Origin: an uncultured Alphaproteobacteria bacterium
GTDB taxonomy: Bacteria > Pseudomonadota > Alphaproteobacteria > Rhizobiales > Methyloligellaceae
Length of the DNA: 64,000 nt
Assembly: GCA_963820115.1 (NCBI GenBank)
Contig: CAWFYP010000001.1
Coordinates: 698,897-762,896, forward strand
Reading direction: 5' to 3'
Shown here one piece after another: positions 10,326-19,612 of this stretch. The notes under the pieces were generated by a model. It saw only the letters and a program-made list of their open reading frames with translations. It was not told where the DNA came from and did not search any database. The position numbers and the translations under genes were made by a program. Numbering within the stretch: position 1 is the stretch's first letter; every line of letters starts with the position of its first letter.

Positions 10326-10564
10326 GGGATGCTCCTTTCCCCCTTCCAAATGGTCCGGCCGCCCAAACGGCCCGCGGACCGCATCAGGCAAGTCTAGAAA
10401 TCGGGGAAAGAAACCACGACCGCTCCCAAGGACCGCACGTGGCCAATTCTCCACCCGGGTTCGCAGTCTGCCCGCAAAACGACCTCACTCTAGGATCGCA
10501 AACGGGCCCTAGGCAAGACCAATTCCGAATGTCGGCGACGCTGAGGGTCGTCCGAACGATGCGG

Positions 10565-10873
10565 CTAGTTGGGATATGGATCGTGACTCAAGCCGCCGCT
10601 TAGCGGCTCGGGTTGCCAATCGAAATGCGGTCCGAAATCTTTCGGCGCCGGCGGCATTTCGGCCGGACCCCAGACGTCACTCAACGTCCAGGAATAACCG
10701 CCGATGCCGGGCCCGACATGGCCCGGCGTCGGGCGAGGCACGCTCGGCGGGGCGGCGTTAGGCCCGCTACCATAGTCGCCGGAGCGCGTCTCGTAGATCG
10801 GCATCGCACCGAACGCGGCCATCGACAGTGCGGCAACGATAATGAGCTTGCGAAGGGCGGGACGCTTGGACAT
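10565..10873 (-). CDS. hypothetical secreted Pro/Gly-rich protein
   Basis: Signal-like MSKRPALRKLIIVAALSMAAFGA. No family recognised. Coding-like third-position GC. Confidence 0.55.
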   Translation of the reverse strand: MSKRPALRKLIIVAALSMAAFGAMPIYETRSGDYGSGPNAAPPSVPRPTPGHVGPGIGGYSWTLSDVWGPAEMPPAPKDFGPHFDWQPEPLSGGLSHDPYPN

Positions 10874-10978
10874 GGCACCTAAATCCCGATGGGGCCTCCT
10901 GGTTCCGAATCACCGCAATGCTAGCGCTTTGCGGGTTAACGAATGGCGCCTCCGCGCCTTCGCAAGGTTCAAACAATC

Positions 10979-11263
10979 TTACGGGCAGACTTTCGCCGCG
11001 CTTGTGCACACGAAGAGCGGGCCCTTCTTGCACGACGTAGCCCCATGACCCACACGCACGACCTTCAGGCCCTGTTTGTGTGCCCAGTGGTTGATATGAT
11101 GGGTGAGCTTCTTCTGCGACCGGCTGGCGGCGGCCGCTTCCGTGAGACCGCGAGCCTTGGCCGAGACCACCGCGCAACTTCCCGCCTGGGCGGGTTCGGT
11201 CGCGGCGGTATAGGCGGCGACAGCGAAAATGGCGGCGCTTGCAATGAGTAACGTCCGAATCAT
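10979..11263 (-). CDS. hypothetical small secreted protein (4 Cys)
   Basis: GAGGGA Shine-Dalgarno 9 nt upstream of the ATG. Signal peptide MIRTLLIASAAIFAVAAYTAA...AQA. No family recognised. Confidence 0.6.
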   Translation of the reverse strand: MIRTLLIASAAIFAVAAYTAATEPAQAGSCAVVSAKARGLTEAAAASRSQKKLTHHINHWAHKQGLKVVRVGHGATSCKKGPLFVCTSAAKVCP

Positions 11264-11499
11264 CTTGTGTTTCCCTCTGATGGCCGGCGGGAGAGCCCGC
11301 CTCGCGCGACTATGCAGTTTTTGGTGTTCGCTGCCTACGCTTTCCTTGCAACACTTGATTTTTCTGTTGCCTTCACATTTTTGTGTATTTTCCTGTTTTT
11401 GATTGGATTTGCCCTTGTTTTGTCGCGTGAAAGCGGTGTTCTGACAGAAGCTCGCCGGCGATGCCGAGGCGGCGCGCGTTAATCGAACGGAGGAACTAA

Positions 11500-11736
11500 A
11501 TGAAGCCTATTCGTTTGGCGACTATGGGACTCATTGCAGCCGGTGCCATGTTCGGTGCGGTTGCTGCTTCGGCCGCGCCATTGCCTTCGGTTGGCACCCT
11601 CGCAGGGTCAGCTGTCTCGCAGGCCGTGCCGGCCGGATATTATTGCTGGTGGAGCTACGGCGTCCGGTACTGCGGGTATCGGAACTACCATCGGCGTTAC
11701 TACGGATACGGACGCAGATACAGATACAACTACTAG
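11500..11736 (+). CDS. small secreted Tyr/Arg/Gly-rich protein (hypothetical)
   Basis: GGAGGA Shine-Dalgarno 6 nt upstream of the ATG. Signal peptide MKPIRLATMGLIAAGAMFGAVAASAAP. C-terminus YYCWWSYGVRYCGYRNYHRRYYGYGRRYRYNY. A strong hairpin terminator lies downstream. Confidence 0.7.
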   Translation: MKPIRLATMGLIAAGAMFGAVAASAAPLPSVGTLAGSAVSQAVPAGYYCWWSYGVRYCGYRNYHRRYYGYGRRYRYNY

Positions 11737-11774
11737 AAGCTCGTTGGTCTGAGGACTTCTCGGCCAATCAAAAA

Positions 11775-11799
11775 CGCCGGGCCTCGCGGCCCGGCGTTT
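11775..11799. terminator. bidirectional hairpin terminator between convergent genes
   Basis: CGCCGGGCC-TCGC-GGCCCGGCG is a perfect 9-bp stem. It is flanked by AAAAA upstream and TTT downstream, between the stops at 11736 (+) and 11835 (-). Confidence 0.75.
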
Positions 11800-11834
11800 C
11801 ATTGTCTGCTTCTGGCCCGGTTCGAGGCCCGCGC

Positions 11835-12428
11835 TTATTCCATGAAGCCCGGGCTGCGGCCAACCACGCCCCCATAGGGGGCGGAGGCCGAGGCGAGGAC
11901 CACCGGCGCGGCGGTTCCGCGGCGGGTTTCGCTCGAGCGAGGCTTGGCTAGCGCCACGACCGCATTCTTACGAGCACGCTCGCGCGCCGCGACTGCCGCC
12001 ACTTTCGGGGCCGAGCGCATGAGGCCGCCCAATCCGCCGGCAACGCGCTGGTCCGACCCGGCGGACGATTTGCCGGATACGGTGACTCTGACTTGGGCCG
12101 TGCCCGAGCCCAACATGCCGAGACTAGAGGCTGCAGCCTTCGACACGTCGATGATCCTGCCGCCCACGAAGGGGCCGCGATCGTTGATCCGCACCACGAC
12201 CGAGCGGCCGTTGCTCAGATTTTCAACCAGGACCTTGGTGCCGAATGGCAATGAGCGGTGGGCCGCCGTCATAGCGCTGGGGTCCATCTGCTCGCCGCTC
12301 GCAGTGCGCGAATGAAGGGCATACCAGGACGCGTGACCGACCTGGTCGGCCTTGGCTAGGTCGAGAGGTAGCATTGCCCCGGCCCAGGAAATGCCGAGGA
12401 CAATGATGCTTACTCGCACTGGGTTCAT
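11835..12428 (-). CDS. septal ring lytic transglycosylase RlpA family protein (DPBB domain)
   Basis: GHASWYALHSRTASGEQMDPSAMTAAHRSLPFGTKVLVENLSNGRSVVVRINDRGPF is the RlpA double-psi beta-barrel signature. N-terminal signal peptide. Confidence 0.85.
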   Translation of the reverse strand: MNPVRVSIIVLGISWAGAMLPLDLAKADQVGHASWYALHSRTASGEQMDPSAMTAAHRSLPFGTKVLVENLSNGRSVVVRINDRGPFVGGRIIDVSKAAASSLGMLGSGTAQVRVTVSGKSSAGSDQRVAGGLGGLMRSAPKVAAVAARERARKNAVVALAKPRSSETRRGTAAPVVLASASAPYGGVVGRSPGFME

Positions 12429-12642
12429 GCGTCTTTGCTCCTATTCGATTGTTTTGGGAGGTTTGGGAGGAATGACCGACGACGAATCAAGCCGGTCCTG
12501 CACACGTTGGTGCACTGCGGTAACCTACGGGAGAACAGGGCGAAAGATCGGCTGGTAGGGGGTCATTGAAGGGCGATTTAGGGGCGCGCGCAAAAGTGTC
12601 GAACAGCCCGGAAAAGCGCGTTTGCGGCCGTGGCGGGGACGC

Positions 12643-12676
12643 AAAAAGGCGCCGGCCCCTTGGCGAGACCGGCGCC
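12643..12676 (-). terminator. rho-independent terminator (minus strand)
   Basis: On the minus strand, GGCGCCGG...CCGGCGCC forms a stem followed by TTTTT (plus-strand A5 at 12643-12647), about 30 nt after the stop at 12705. Confidence 0.7.
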
Positions 12677-12704
12677 AATTTTTAACGTGTGTGGCTAAAG
12701 AGCC

Positions 12705-13028
12705 TTAACGGCCAGGCGCGTATTGGTCCGGTCCGTAGCCGGCGCAGGAGCCCTTGAGCCGGATGTCGCTGCCGAGGACCTGGCAGATATAGACCTTCTT
12801 CAGGGGGTTATCGCCGATCTCAGCGGCGGTCACTTTCCATCCCCGGCTCTGAGCCACGATCGCGATCTGCTGGTCGGCGCAATAGGGCGTGGCAATGGGG
12901 CCTTGGCTCGTCATTTGGAATCCTTCCTGGCAGCGGATGCGGGCGCTAGCCGGGTTTGCGGACGCGGCAGTCAGCAGCAGGAGGGCGGCGCAGCCGCAGA
13001 GTAAGGCGGATACGGATTTGGGCATCAT
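12705..13028 (-). CDS. hypothetical small secreted protein (Cys-containing)
   Basis: GGAGGA Shine-Dalgarno before the ATG-ATG at 13028. Signal peptide MMPKSVSALLCGCAALLLLTAASANPASA. A terminator follows. Confidence 0.65.
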   Translation of the reverse strand: MMPKSVSALLCGCAALLLLTAASANPASARIRCQEGFQMTSQGPIATPYCADQQIAIVAQSRGWKVTAAEIGDNPLKKVYICQVLGSDIRLKGSCAGYGPDQYAPGR

Positions 13029-13268
13029 TGTCTCCTCCGAGAGGGGCCGCGCCCCAAAGGTTCGCTTGGGTCGCTTCTCATATGGGGCCGCGGGAGCAAA
13101 CCGCCAATGCGCGACACGCGACGTCGCACTGCACCATGCCTCAAGTTTATGCTTCCCGCCAACTCGCACGAATCTTCGGCATTCGTCGCCTAATCATTGC
13201 CCTTTTCAAGAATTATATCTATCTCTCGAGGGTCAGGGATTCGAAACCAAGGAAGGCTGAGAACTAAC

Positions 13269-13529
13269 GTGACGCAGAACAAGAAGACTGCACAGGTGCA
13301 AATTCAGCAAGAGATGGCAAGCGGCCTGTCCACAAGGACGAGGGAGGGGCCGGTTGCAGGGCGCGAGCCGATGACCGGAGCGCAAGCCTCTTACTTGAAG
13401 TCATTGTGCGAGGAGGTGCGCGAGCCCAACGCCTTTCAGGAGGGCTTGAGCCAGAATGAGGCCTCGCGGCGCATCAATGCGCTGAAGGAAAAACTCCGGC
13501 TGCGCGTGCTGCCGCCGCATACGGACTAG
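13269..13529 (+). CDS. DUF3072 domain-containing protein
   Basis: EPMTGAQASYLKSLCEEV...LSQNEASRRINALKEKL matches the DUF3072 pattern as I remember it. The start is uncertain: GTG at 13269 after AAGGAAGG, or ATG at 13314. Confidence 0.65.
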   Translation: MTQNKKTAQVQIQQEMASGLSTRTREGPVAGREPMTGAQASYLKSLCEEVREPNAFQEGLSQNEASRRINALKEKLRLRVLPPHTD

Positions 13530-13571
13530 GCTTCCAGCCTGCCGTTCGATGCGCGTTGGAAGGCGTTCGGG

Positions 13572-14141
13572 ATGATCCCAGCGCGGACGAAACTCGCGGG
13601 TCTGAGCGCGGCGCTCGTTATCCTGCTCGCCGCATTCTGCATGGCCGCGCCCCAAGACAGTACGATGGCATTGACGCTCAGTTCTTCCGCCTTCAAGCCG
13701 CAGGGCCACATCCCCGCTAAATATACGTGTGAGGGCGACGACCTCTCGCCGCCGCTCGCCTTCGACGGCGTGCCGCCAGGCACCAAGAGCCTGGCACTCA
13801 TCATCGACGATCCCGACGCACCTGATCCCGCCGCGCCGCAGCGTGTCTGGGTGCATTGGGTGGTGTACAATATTCTGCCGGACACGAAAGGTTTTGCCGA
13901 AGACGCCAACAAGGCCGGACTGCCCAAGGGCGCGGCCGTCGGAACGAACGATTTCGGGAAGACTTCCTATGGCGGGCCATGCCCGCCGATCGGCCGCCAC
14001 CGTTATTTCCACAAGCTCTACGCACTCGATACCACGCTCGCGCTAAAGGCGCCGACCAAAGCCAAGCTCGAGGCGGCGATGCAAGGCCATGTGCTGGCCG
14101 AGGCGGATCTCGTTGGCACGTTCCAGAAGGGCGACCGGTAA
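13572..14141 (+). CDS. YbhB/YbcL family Raf kinase inhibitor-like (PEBP) protein
   Basis: KYTCEGDDLSPPLAF...LIIDDPDAPDP...WVHWVVYNI...YGGPCPPIGRHRYFHKLYALD. Signal peptide present. Confidence 0.88.
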   Translation: MIPARTKLAGLSAALVILLAAFCMAAPQDSTMALTLSSSAFKPQGHIPAKYTCEGDDLSPPLAFDGVPPGTKSLALIIDDPDAPDPAAPQRVWVHWVVYNILPDTKGFAEDANKAGLPKGAAVGTNDFGKTSYGGPCPPIGRHRYFHKLYALDTTLALKAPTKAKLEAAMQGHVLAEADLVGTFQKGDR

Positions 14142-14203
14142 AATTCGTTGGCAACGCCGCTCGTCCCTTGACGGATGCGCCTCGACCCCTTCAACTGCCG
14201 CCC

Positions 14204-15436
14204 ATGGCTAGAGGCTCGCGCACCTTGATGCAGAGAGCAGCACTCGCCGGCGCCATCGCGGCGGTGCTGACCGGTTCCGCAACCGACGTATCCGCTGCAC
14301 CCTGCGGCAACGGCCCCGCGGGCTTCGACAAATGGCTGCAAGGCTTCAAGCAGGAGGCCGCCGCGCAAGGCGTCTCTAACGCGGTCATCGCCCAGGCGCT
14401 CGACGGGGTGAGCTACGACCCGGCCGTGATCGCCAAGGATCGCGGGCAGTCGGTGTTCGCGCAGAACTTCCTGCAATTCTCCGACCGCATGGTGAACGGC
14501 AACCGCCTGTCGATCGGGTCGAGCCTGTTGAAGAAATACGCCGACACCTTCGGCAAGATTCAGCGAAGCTATGGGGTGCCGGGACCCGTGCTGGTCGGTT
14601 TTTGGGGGCTGGAGACCGATTTCGGCAAGGTGATGGGCAATATGGACACGCTGCGCTCGCTCGCCACGCTCGCCTATGATTGCCGCCGGCCCGACGAATT
14701 TCGCGAGCAGCTCATCGATGCCCTGAAAGTGATCCAACGGGGCGACCTTCACCCGCAAGAGATGCGCGGGCCTTGGGCAGGTGAGGTGGGTCAGTTCCAA
14801 TTCGTGCCCAAGGTCTATTTCCAATATGCGGTCGACCTCGATGGCGACGGCAAGCGCGACACGATCCACAGCACGCCGGACGCGCTCGGTTCCGCGGCCA
14901 ACTATCTCGACGGGCTCGGCTGGAAGCCGGGCCAGCCGTGGCTGGAAGAGGTGCGCGTGCCGCGCGACATGGATTGGAGCCAGGCCGAGCTCACCATCAA
15001 GAAGCCGCGTGCCTATTGGGCCAAGTCGGGCGTCACCTATCCGAGCGGCAAGGCGCTGCCGGCTGACAATGTACCGACCGCGCTGCTCCTGCCCATGGGA
15101 CGGACCGGGCCCGCCTTCCTCGCCTATCCGAATTTCGATGTGTATCTGCAGTGGAACCAGAGCCTCGTCTATTCCACGAGCGCCGCCTATTACGCCACCC
15201 GACTAGCCGGCGCGCCGGCCATGTCGCGCGGCAACGGGCCGATCGAGGCCATGAGCCAAGCGCAGGTGAAGGAGCTGCAGCAGCTGCTCGCCAAGCGCGG
15301 CTTTGACGTGGGCAAGATCGACGGGGTGATCGGCGAGGGGACGCGCGAGGCGGTGCGCACGGTGCAGATCAAATTGGGCATGCCGGCCGATTCCTATCCG
15401 ACGCCCGAGTTGCTCGCGCGGCTGCGGGGCGGTTAG
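14204..15436 (+). CDS. lytic murein transglycosylase (MltB family) with C-terminal peptidoglycan-binding domain
   Basis: Signal peptide from the ATG at 14204. FWGLETDFG, GEVGQFQFVP and DLDGDGKRD motifs, plus a PG_binding_1-like tail (LQQLLAKRGFDVGKIDGVIGEGTREAVR). Confidence 0.88.
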   Translation: MARGSRTLMQRAALAGAIAAVLTGSATDVSAAPCGNGPAGFDKWLQGFKQEAAAQGVSNAVIAQALDGVSYDPAVIAKDRGQSVFAQNFLQFSDRMVNGNRLSIGSSLLKKYADTFGKIQRSYGVPGPVLVGFWGLETDFGKVMGNMDTLRSLATLAYDCRRPDEFREQLIDALKVIQRGDLHPQEMRGPWAGEVGQFQFVPKVYFQYAVDLDGDGKRDTIHSTPDALGSAANYLDGLGWKPGQPWLEEVRVPRDMDWSQAELTIKKPRAYWAKSGVTYPSGKALPADNVPTALLLPMGRTGPAFLAYPNFDVYLQWNQSLVYSTSAAYYATRLAGAPAMSRGNGPIEAMSQAQVKELQQLLAKRGFDVGKIDGVIGEGTREAVRTVQIKLGMPADSYPTPELLARLRGG

Positions 15437-15439
15437 GAT

Positions 15440-15862
15440 TCAGACCTCGTTGAATGGCACCACGGGCCCAAAGAAGGCTTGAAGTTGGGCGACGTCGTAA
15501 TATTCAGTCAGCCTTACCGGCCAGCCTTCCTCCAAGGTCCAGAAATTGGCCTTGACCGTATTGAGCCGCGCGCCGGTCTCCTTATGCTGGTACTGAAACG
15601 GGATCTCGACCGCGGCGTGGTCCTTTTCGAATAGGAGATCGCTCGTGTCGAAGCGCACGATCTCGTAGCGCGCGAGAATCAGGCTCCAGCGTTCGATTGA
15701 CGCGTTCTTGCCACGGCGGACCCCTCCCAAGGGATGGACGGAGAGTGGGATGTGCATCACATGGCAAAAATCCTCGGGGAGGTAGGTGGCGAGCCAGTCC
15801 AGGTCCTGCGCGCGCATCGCGTCGTAAAAGTCGCCGAGAATTGTAGCCCCCAACCTGGCCAT
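15440..15862 (-). CDS. nuclear transport factor 2 / SnoaL-like family protein
   Basis: 140 aa with the pattern ILGDFYDAMRAQDLDWLATYL...VEIPFQYQHKETGARLNTVKANFWTLEEGW, typical of SnoaL-like folds. Recognised only at fold level. Confidence 0.6.
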   Translation of the reverse strand: MARLGATILGDFYDAMRAQDLDWLATYLPEDFCHVMHIPLSVHPLGGVRRGKNASIERWSLILARYEIVRFDTSDLLFEKDHAAVEIPFQYQHKETGARLNTVKANFWTLEEGWPVRLTEYYDVAQLQAFFGPVVPFNEV

Positions 15863-16057
15863 CCTCGCCCTCCCTCGACCCTAGCGCCATGTTAACACGC
15901 AGAAAGCGGGCTGGCATCAACGCCCGTCCATCCGTCCACTGACATTTTGCCCAGAGCAGAGGGTCGGATGGAACGAACGGGCTGTGCTAGACTGGTGTCA
16001 GGTCCCCAGGGGGGACCGGTCAAGGGCGACGGCGCCTAAACATTGGGGGGAACGGTC

Positions 16058-16360
16058 ATGGAAGGCTCGCTTACAGATCTTATCGTGCAACTGGTTGCCG
16101 GCGCGGCCGGCGGGACGGCCGCCGGTGCGGCACTCAAGGATTTGAGCCTGGGCAAGCCCGGCGACGCCATTTCGGGCGCCATCGGCGGCGGGATCGTCGG
16201 TCAGATTCTTATGGCCGTGCTTGGCGCCGCGGCGGGAGGCGGCGACGTGGGCGGCATGGATGTTGCCGGCGTGGTCAAGGACATCGTCGGCGGCGGCGTT
16301 GGCGGCGCGGTGGTGATGGCTATCATCGGCTTCCTCCGCAACGCCATGATGAAGAAATAG
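16058..16360 (+). CDS. hypothetical Gly/Ala-rich membrane protein
   Basis: ATG at 16058 lies 6 nt after a GGGGGGA Shine-Dalgarno. The product has Gly-zipper-like hydrophobic segments. The CCTCCCC/GGGGAGG hairpin at 16387-16404 separates it from uvrB. Confidence 0.55.
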   Translation: MEGSLTDLIVQLVAGAAGGTAAGAALKDLSLGKPGDAISGAIGGGIVGQILMAVLGAAAGGGDVGGMDVAGVVKDIVGGGVGGAVVMAIIGFLRNAMMKK

Positions 16361-16407
16361 GTAGAGCGACCGCGGCTCAAGCGATCCCTCCCCACGGGGG
16401 GAGGTGT

Positions 16408-18762
16408 CTACTTGCTCTTGCCTTTGAAGGCGTGGGTGCCGGGCTTGCCGCCTTTGGAGCGGCCGCGGCGCTTGTCGAACGTGGCAAGCGGCATTTCACG
16501 GTTGTGCGGGCCCATCTCGTCGAGCGTTGGCTTGTGGGGGCGGGCGAGGGGGCTCCGCGAGACTGCCTCCTCGATTTCGCCGGTCGCACGCTCCAACTCC
16601 GACTGCCGGGCGAGAGGATCGTCGGCGATGGCGAGCTGCATCTGGCGCAAACGCTTGACCTCGTCGCGGAGCCGCGCGGCCTCCTCGAATTCGAGGTCGG
16701 CGGCAGCCGCCCGCATGCGCTTCTCCATATCGGCGATGACGCCTTCGAGATTGTGCCCGATCAGCGGCTGCTCGCCTTCGCTAAAGCCGGCGCCCGCGTC
16801 CACCAGCACGTGGTCGCGCTCATAGACCGAGGCCATGATGTCGCCGATGCGTGTCTTGACGCTCTCCGGGGTGATGCCGTTCGCCTCGTTCCACGCTACC
16901 TGCTTCTCGCGCCGCCGCGCCGTCTCGGCCATCGCCCGCTCCATCGAGCCCGTGATGCCGTCGGCATAGAGAATGACGCGGCCATCGACGTTGCGGGCGG
17001 CGCGGCCGATGGTCTGGATCAGCGAGGTCTCCGAGCGCAGGAAGCCTTCCTTGTCGGCGTCGAGGATGGCCACCAGCGCGCATTCGGGGATGTCGAGCCC
17101 CTCGCGCAGCAGATTGATGCCGACCAGCACGTCGAAGGCGCCGAGCCTCAGATCGCGAATGATCTCGATGCGTTCCAGCGTCTCGACGTCGGAATGCATG
17201 TAGCGCACGCGGATGCCCTGCTCATGCATATATTCGGTCAAATCCTCGGCCATGCGCTTGGTGAGCGTCGTCACCAACACGCGATAGCCTTGGGTGACCA
17301 CCTTGCGCGTCTCGTCGATCAGGTCGTCGACTTGGGTCGAGGCCGGGCGGATCAGCACGGGCGGGTCGACGAGGCCGGTCGGGCGGATGACCTGCTCGGC
17401 GAAGACGCCGCCGGTCTGTTCCAGCTCCCACGCCCCGGGCGTCGCCGAGACGAAAACGGTCTGCGGCCGCATGGCGTCCCATTCCTCGAAGCGAAGGGGG
17501 CGATTGTCCATGCAGGAAGGGAGGCGGAAGCCATATTCGGCGAGGGTGGATTTGCGCCGGTAGTCGCCGCGGAACATGCCCCCGATCTGCGGCACGGTGA
17601 CGTGGCTCTCGTCGACAAAAACGAGGGCATTGTCGGGCAGATATTCGAACAAGGTCGGCGGGGGCTCGCCCGGTTTGCGCCCGGTGAGATAGCGCGAATA
17701 GTTCTCGATGCCGGCGCAGGACCCGGTTGCCTCCATCATCTCGAGGTCGAACAAAGTGCGCTGCTCGAGCCGTTGCGCCTCGAGCAGGCGCCCGGCGCGA
17801 TTAAGCTCGTCGAGTCTCTGCTTCAGCTCCTCCTTGATGCCGCGCAGCGCCTGCTTCAGCGTCGGCTTTGGCGTCACGTAATGCGAATTGGCGTAGACCT
17901 TCACCAGGCTGAACTCGTCGGTCTTGGACCCGGTCAGAGGATCGAACTCGACCAGACTTTCCACCTCGTCGCCAAACAGCGAGATGCGCCAGGCGCGGTC
18001 CTCAAGGTGGGCCGGCCAAAGCTCGATGGTGTCGCCGCGCACGCGGAAGGAGCCGCGGGCGAAATTCATGTCATTCCGCCGATAATGGAGCGCCACGAGG
18101 TCGGCCATCAACTGGCGCTGCTCGATCTTGTCGCCGCGCTTGAGGGTGAAGGTCATGGCGGTATAGGTCTCGACCGAGCCGATACCGTAGATGCAAGATA
18201 CGCTGGCCACGATGATCACGTCGTCGCGCTCGATCAGGGCGCGCGTCGCCGCGTGGCGCATGCGGTCGATCTGCTCGTTGATGGAGCTATCCTTCTCGAT
18301 ATAGGTGTCGGTGCGCGGGATGTAGGCCTCGGGCTGGTAGTAGTCGTAATAGGACACGAAATAGTGGACCGCGTTCTCCGGGAAGAAGCTCGTGAACTCG
18401 CCATAGAGCTGCGCGGCCAGCGTCTTGTTGGGCGCGAGGACCAGCGCCGGGCGCTGCGTCGCCTCGATCACCTTGGCCATGGTGAAGGTCTTGCCCGAGC
18501 CGGTGACGCCGAGCAGCACCTGCTCGCGCTCGAGTGCGTTCACTTGGGCCACGAGCTCGGCAATGGCCGAGGGCTGGTCGCCCTTGGGCTCAAGCTCGGA
18601 CTCGATGCGTAAGGCAAGGCCGCCCTCGGTCTTGTCGGGGCGCGGTGGCCGGTGCGGCGTGAAGGCACTGAGAGCTTGCCCCGTGACCAGCGGATGGTTC
18701 TGGATCAGAGGCTGGGGCAATTCGCCGAAGCCCGGCTCACGGCGGTCACCGGAGAGCGGCAT
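16408..18762 (-). CDS. uvrB: excinuclease ABC subunit UvrB
   Basis: Walker [13 protein letters not shown], helicase motifs, DESH box (VFVDESHV) and a C-terminal UVR domain ([17 protein letters not shown]). The first ATG is at 18762; the listed ORF extends to a GTG at 18834. Confidence 0.95.
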   Translation of the reverse strand: MPLSGDRREPGFGELPQPLIQNHPLVTGQALSAFTPHRPPRPDKTEGGLALRIESELEPKGDQPSAIAELVAQVNALEREQVLLGVTGSGKTFTMAKVIEATQRPALVLAPNKTLAAQLYGEFTSFFPENAVHYFVSYYDYYQPEAYIPRTDTYIEKDSSINEQIDRMRHAATRALIERDDVIIVASVSCIYGIGSVETYTAMTFTLKRGDKIEQRQLMADLVALHYRRNDMNFARGSFRVRGDTIELWPAHLEDRAWRISLFGDEVESLVEFDPLTGSKTDEFSLVKVYANSHYVTPKPTLKQALRGIKEELKQRLDELNRAGRLLEAQRLEQRTLFDLEMMEATGSCAGIENYSRYLTGRKPGEPPPTLFEYLPDNALVFVDESHVTVPQIGGMFRGDYRRKSTLAEYGFRLPSCMDNRPLRFEEWDAMRPQTVFVSATPGAWELEQTGGVFAEQVIRPTGLVDPPVLIRPASTQVDDLIDETRKVVTQGYRVLVTTLTKRMAEDLTEYMHEQGIRVRYMHSDVETLERIEIIRDLRLGAFDVLVGINLLREGLDIPECALVAILDADKEGFLRSETSLIQTIGRAARNVDGRVILYADGITGSMERAMAETARRREKQVAWNEANGITPESVKTRIGDIMASVYERDHVLVDAGAGFSEGEQPLIGHNLEGVIADMEKRMRAAAADLEFEEAARLRDEVKRLRQMQLAIADDPLARQSELERATGEIEEAVSRSPLARPHKPTLDEMGPHNREMPLATFDKRRGRSKGGKPGTHAFKGKSK

Positions 18763-18900
18763 TCCGCTCGCTTCGCCGGTGACGGCGCGGGGCTCGGCTC
18801 TCGAGCCGAAGGTCCTGGCAACTCGATGTACCACGACCCGAATATGGCGGGGGGAAAGGGGCTTGGCTAGGGGCGCGGTGCGGTGCGACTGCGATCCGGT

Positions 18901-19095
18901 TCAGCGGGTCAATCGAGCCCACTCTTCCCGCACATAAGCGGTGAACGCTTGCAGCCGCTCACCCGCCACGTCCCAATTCACCATGCGGCGGGACTCGGTG
19001 CCGCCGGCACTCGCGCTTGGCGTCATGGAGTCGGAGATGAAGGCCGCGCCGACGGTGAGCAGGGCGCCGAGGATTATCCCCAAGAGTAAACGCAT
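18901..19095 (-). CDS. hypothetical small membrane protein
   Basis: From the ATG at 19095: MRLLLGIILGALLTVGAAFI (a single TM segment) then a soluble tail. No clear Shine-Dalgarno. Confidence 0.45.
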   Translation of the reverse strand: MRLLLGIILGALLTVGAAFISDSMTPSASAGGTESRRMVNWDVAGERLQAFTAYVREEWARLTR

Positions 19096-19462
19096 CGAAT
19101 TGCAACACGCGTGTTGTGGATCCCTCTTGCTTAGAGATCGTATCAAACTGGCCACAATGCGGCATCTTCGTGAGCGCCCGGCTGGTGGCTGCAGCCCGCT
19201 TGTGACAACGCAATGACCTCAGGGGGACATCGCGGAACGAATTTCTTTTGCAGTGCAGCGGAAATGCAACGGCTCTCCGCGCGTTGAAATTCATGGCGTA
19301 TCGACGGCAATTGCAGGCGCAACCGGCGCCGGAGTGTGCAGCTGCGCCATTCGCACGGCCGCGCACAGATTGGGTGAACGCGCGCGACGATGCATGATCG
19401 CCTGCGTCGCGTCGTGAGCAGGAGTTTGTTATCGAGACATTCCGGAACGATTGCCCGGCAAT

Positions 19463-19492
19463 TGCCACTTTCACCTGCAATCAGCGTATAAT
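19463..19492 (+). promoter_or_regulatory. sigma70-like promoter candidate upstream of the histone-like gene
   Basis: TTGCCA (19463-19468), an 18-nt spacer, then a perfect TATAAT (19487-19492) in an AT-richer spacer. This would give a ~115-nt leader to the ATG at 19613. Confidence 0.4.
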
Positions 19493-19612
19493 GAAAAAAA
19501 CAATTGACTCCTCATGTGGGACGGCAAGGTTGGACCAGTTAGTGTGATTCGTGCTTCTGCGCGTCCAACAAGACGGTCGCGGGCGGCAATCGAAAGAACT
19601 GGAGCAGAAACC

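Noticed and set aside
11267-11482. 71-aa plus-strand ORF in the T-rich region upstream of the Tyr/Arg-rich peptide gene
   Set aside because: The Phe/Leu-rich translation is a by-product of the T-rich leader. There is no Shine-Dalgarno. It is better explained as promoter or leader DNA.
13225-13260. tRNA-like TPsiC motif (GGGATTCGAAACC)
   Set aside because: The flanking sequence cannot form acceptor, D or anticodon arms. I found no tRNA, rRNA or other structured RNA gene in the window by eye.
16432-18612. 726-aa plus-strand ORF
   Set aside because: It is antisense to uvrB, whose motifs are unambiguous. The translation is low-complexity (R/G/A/D/L) with no family signature.
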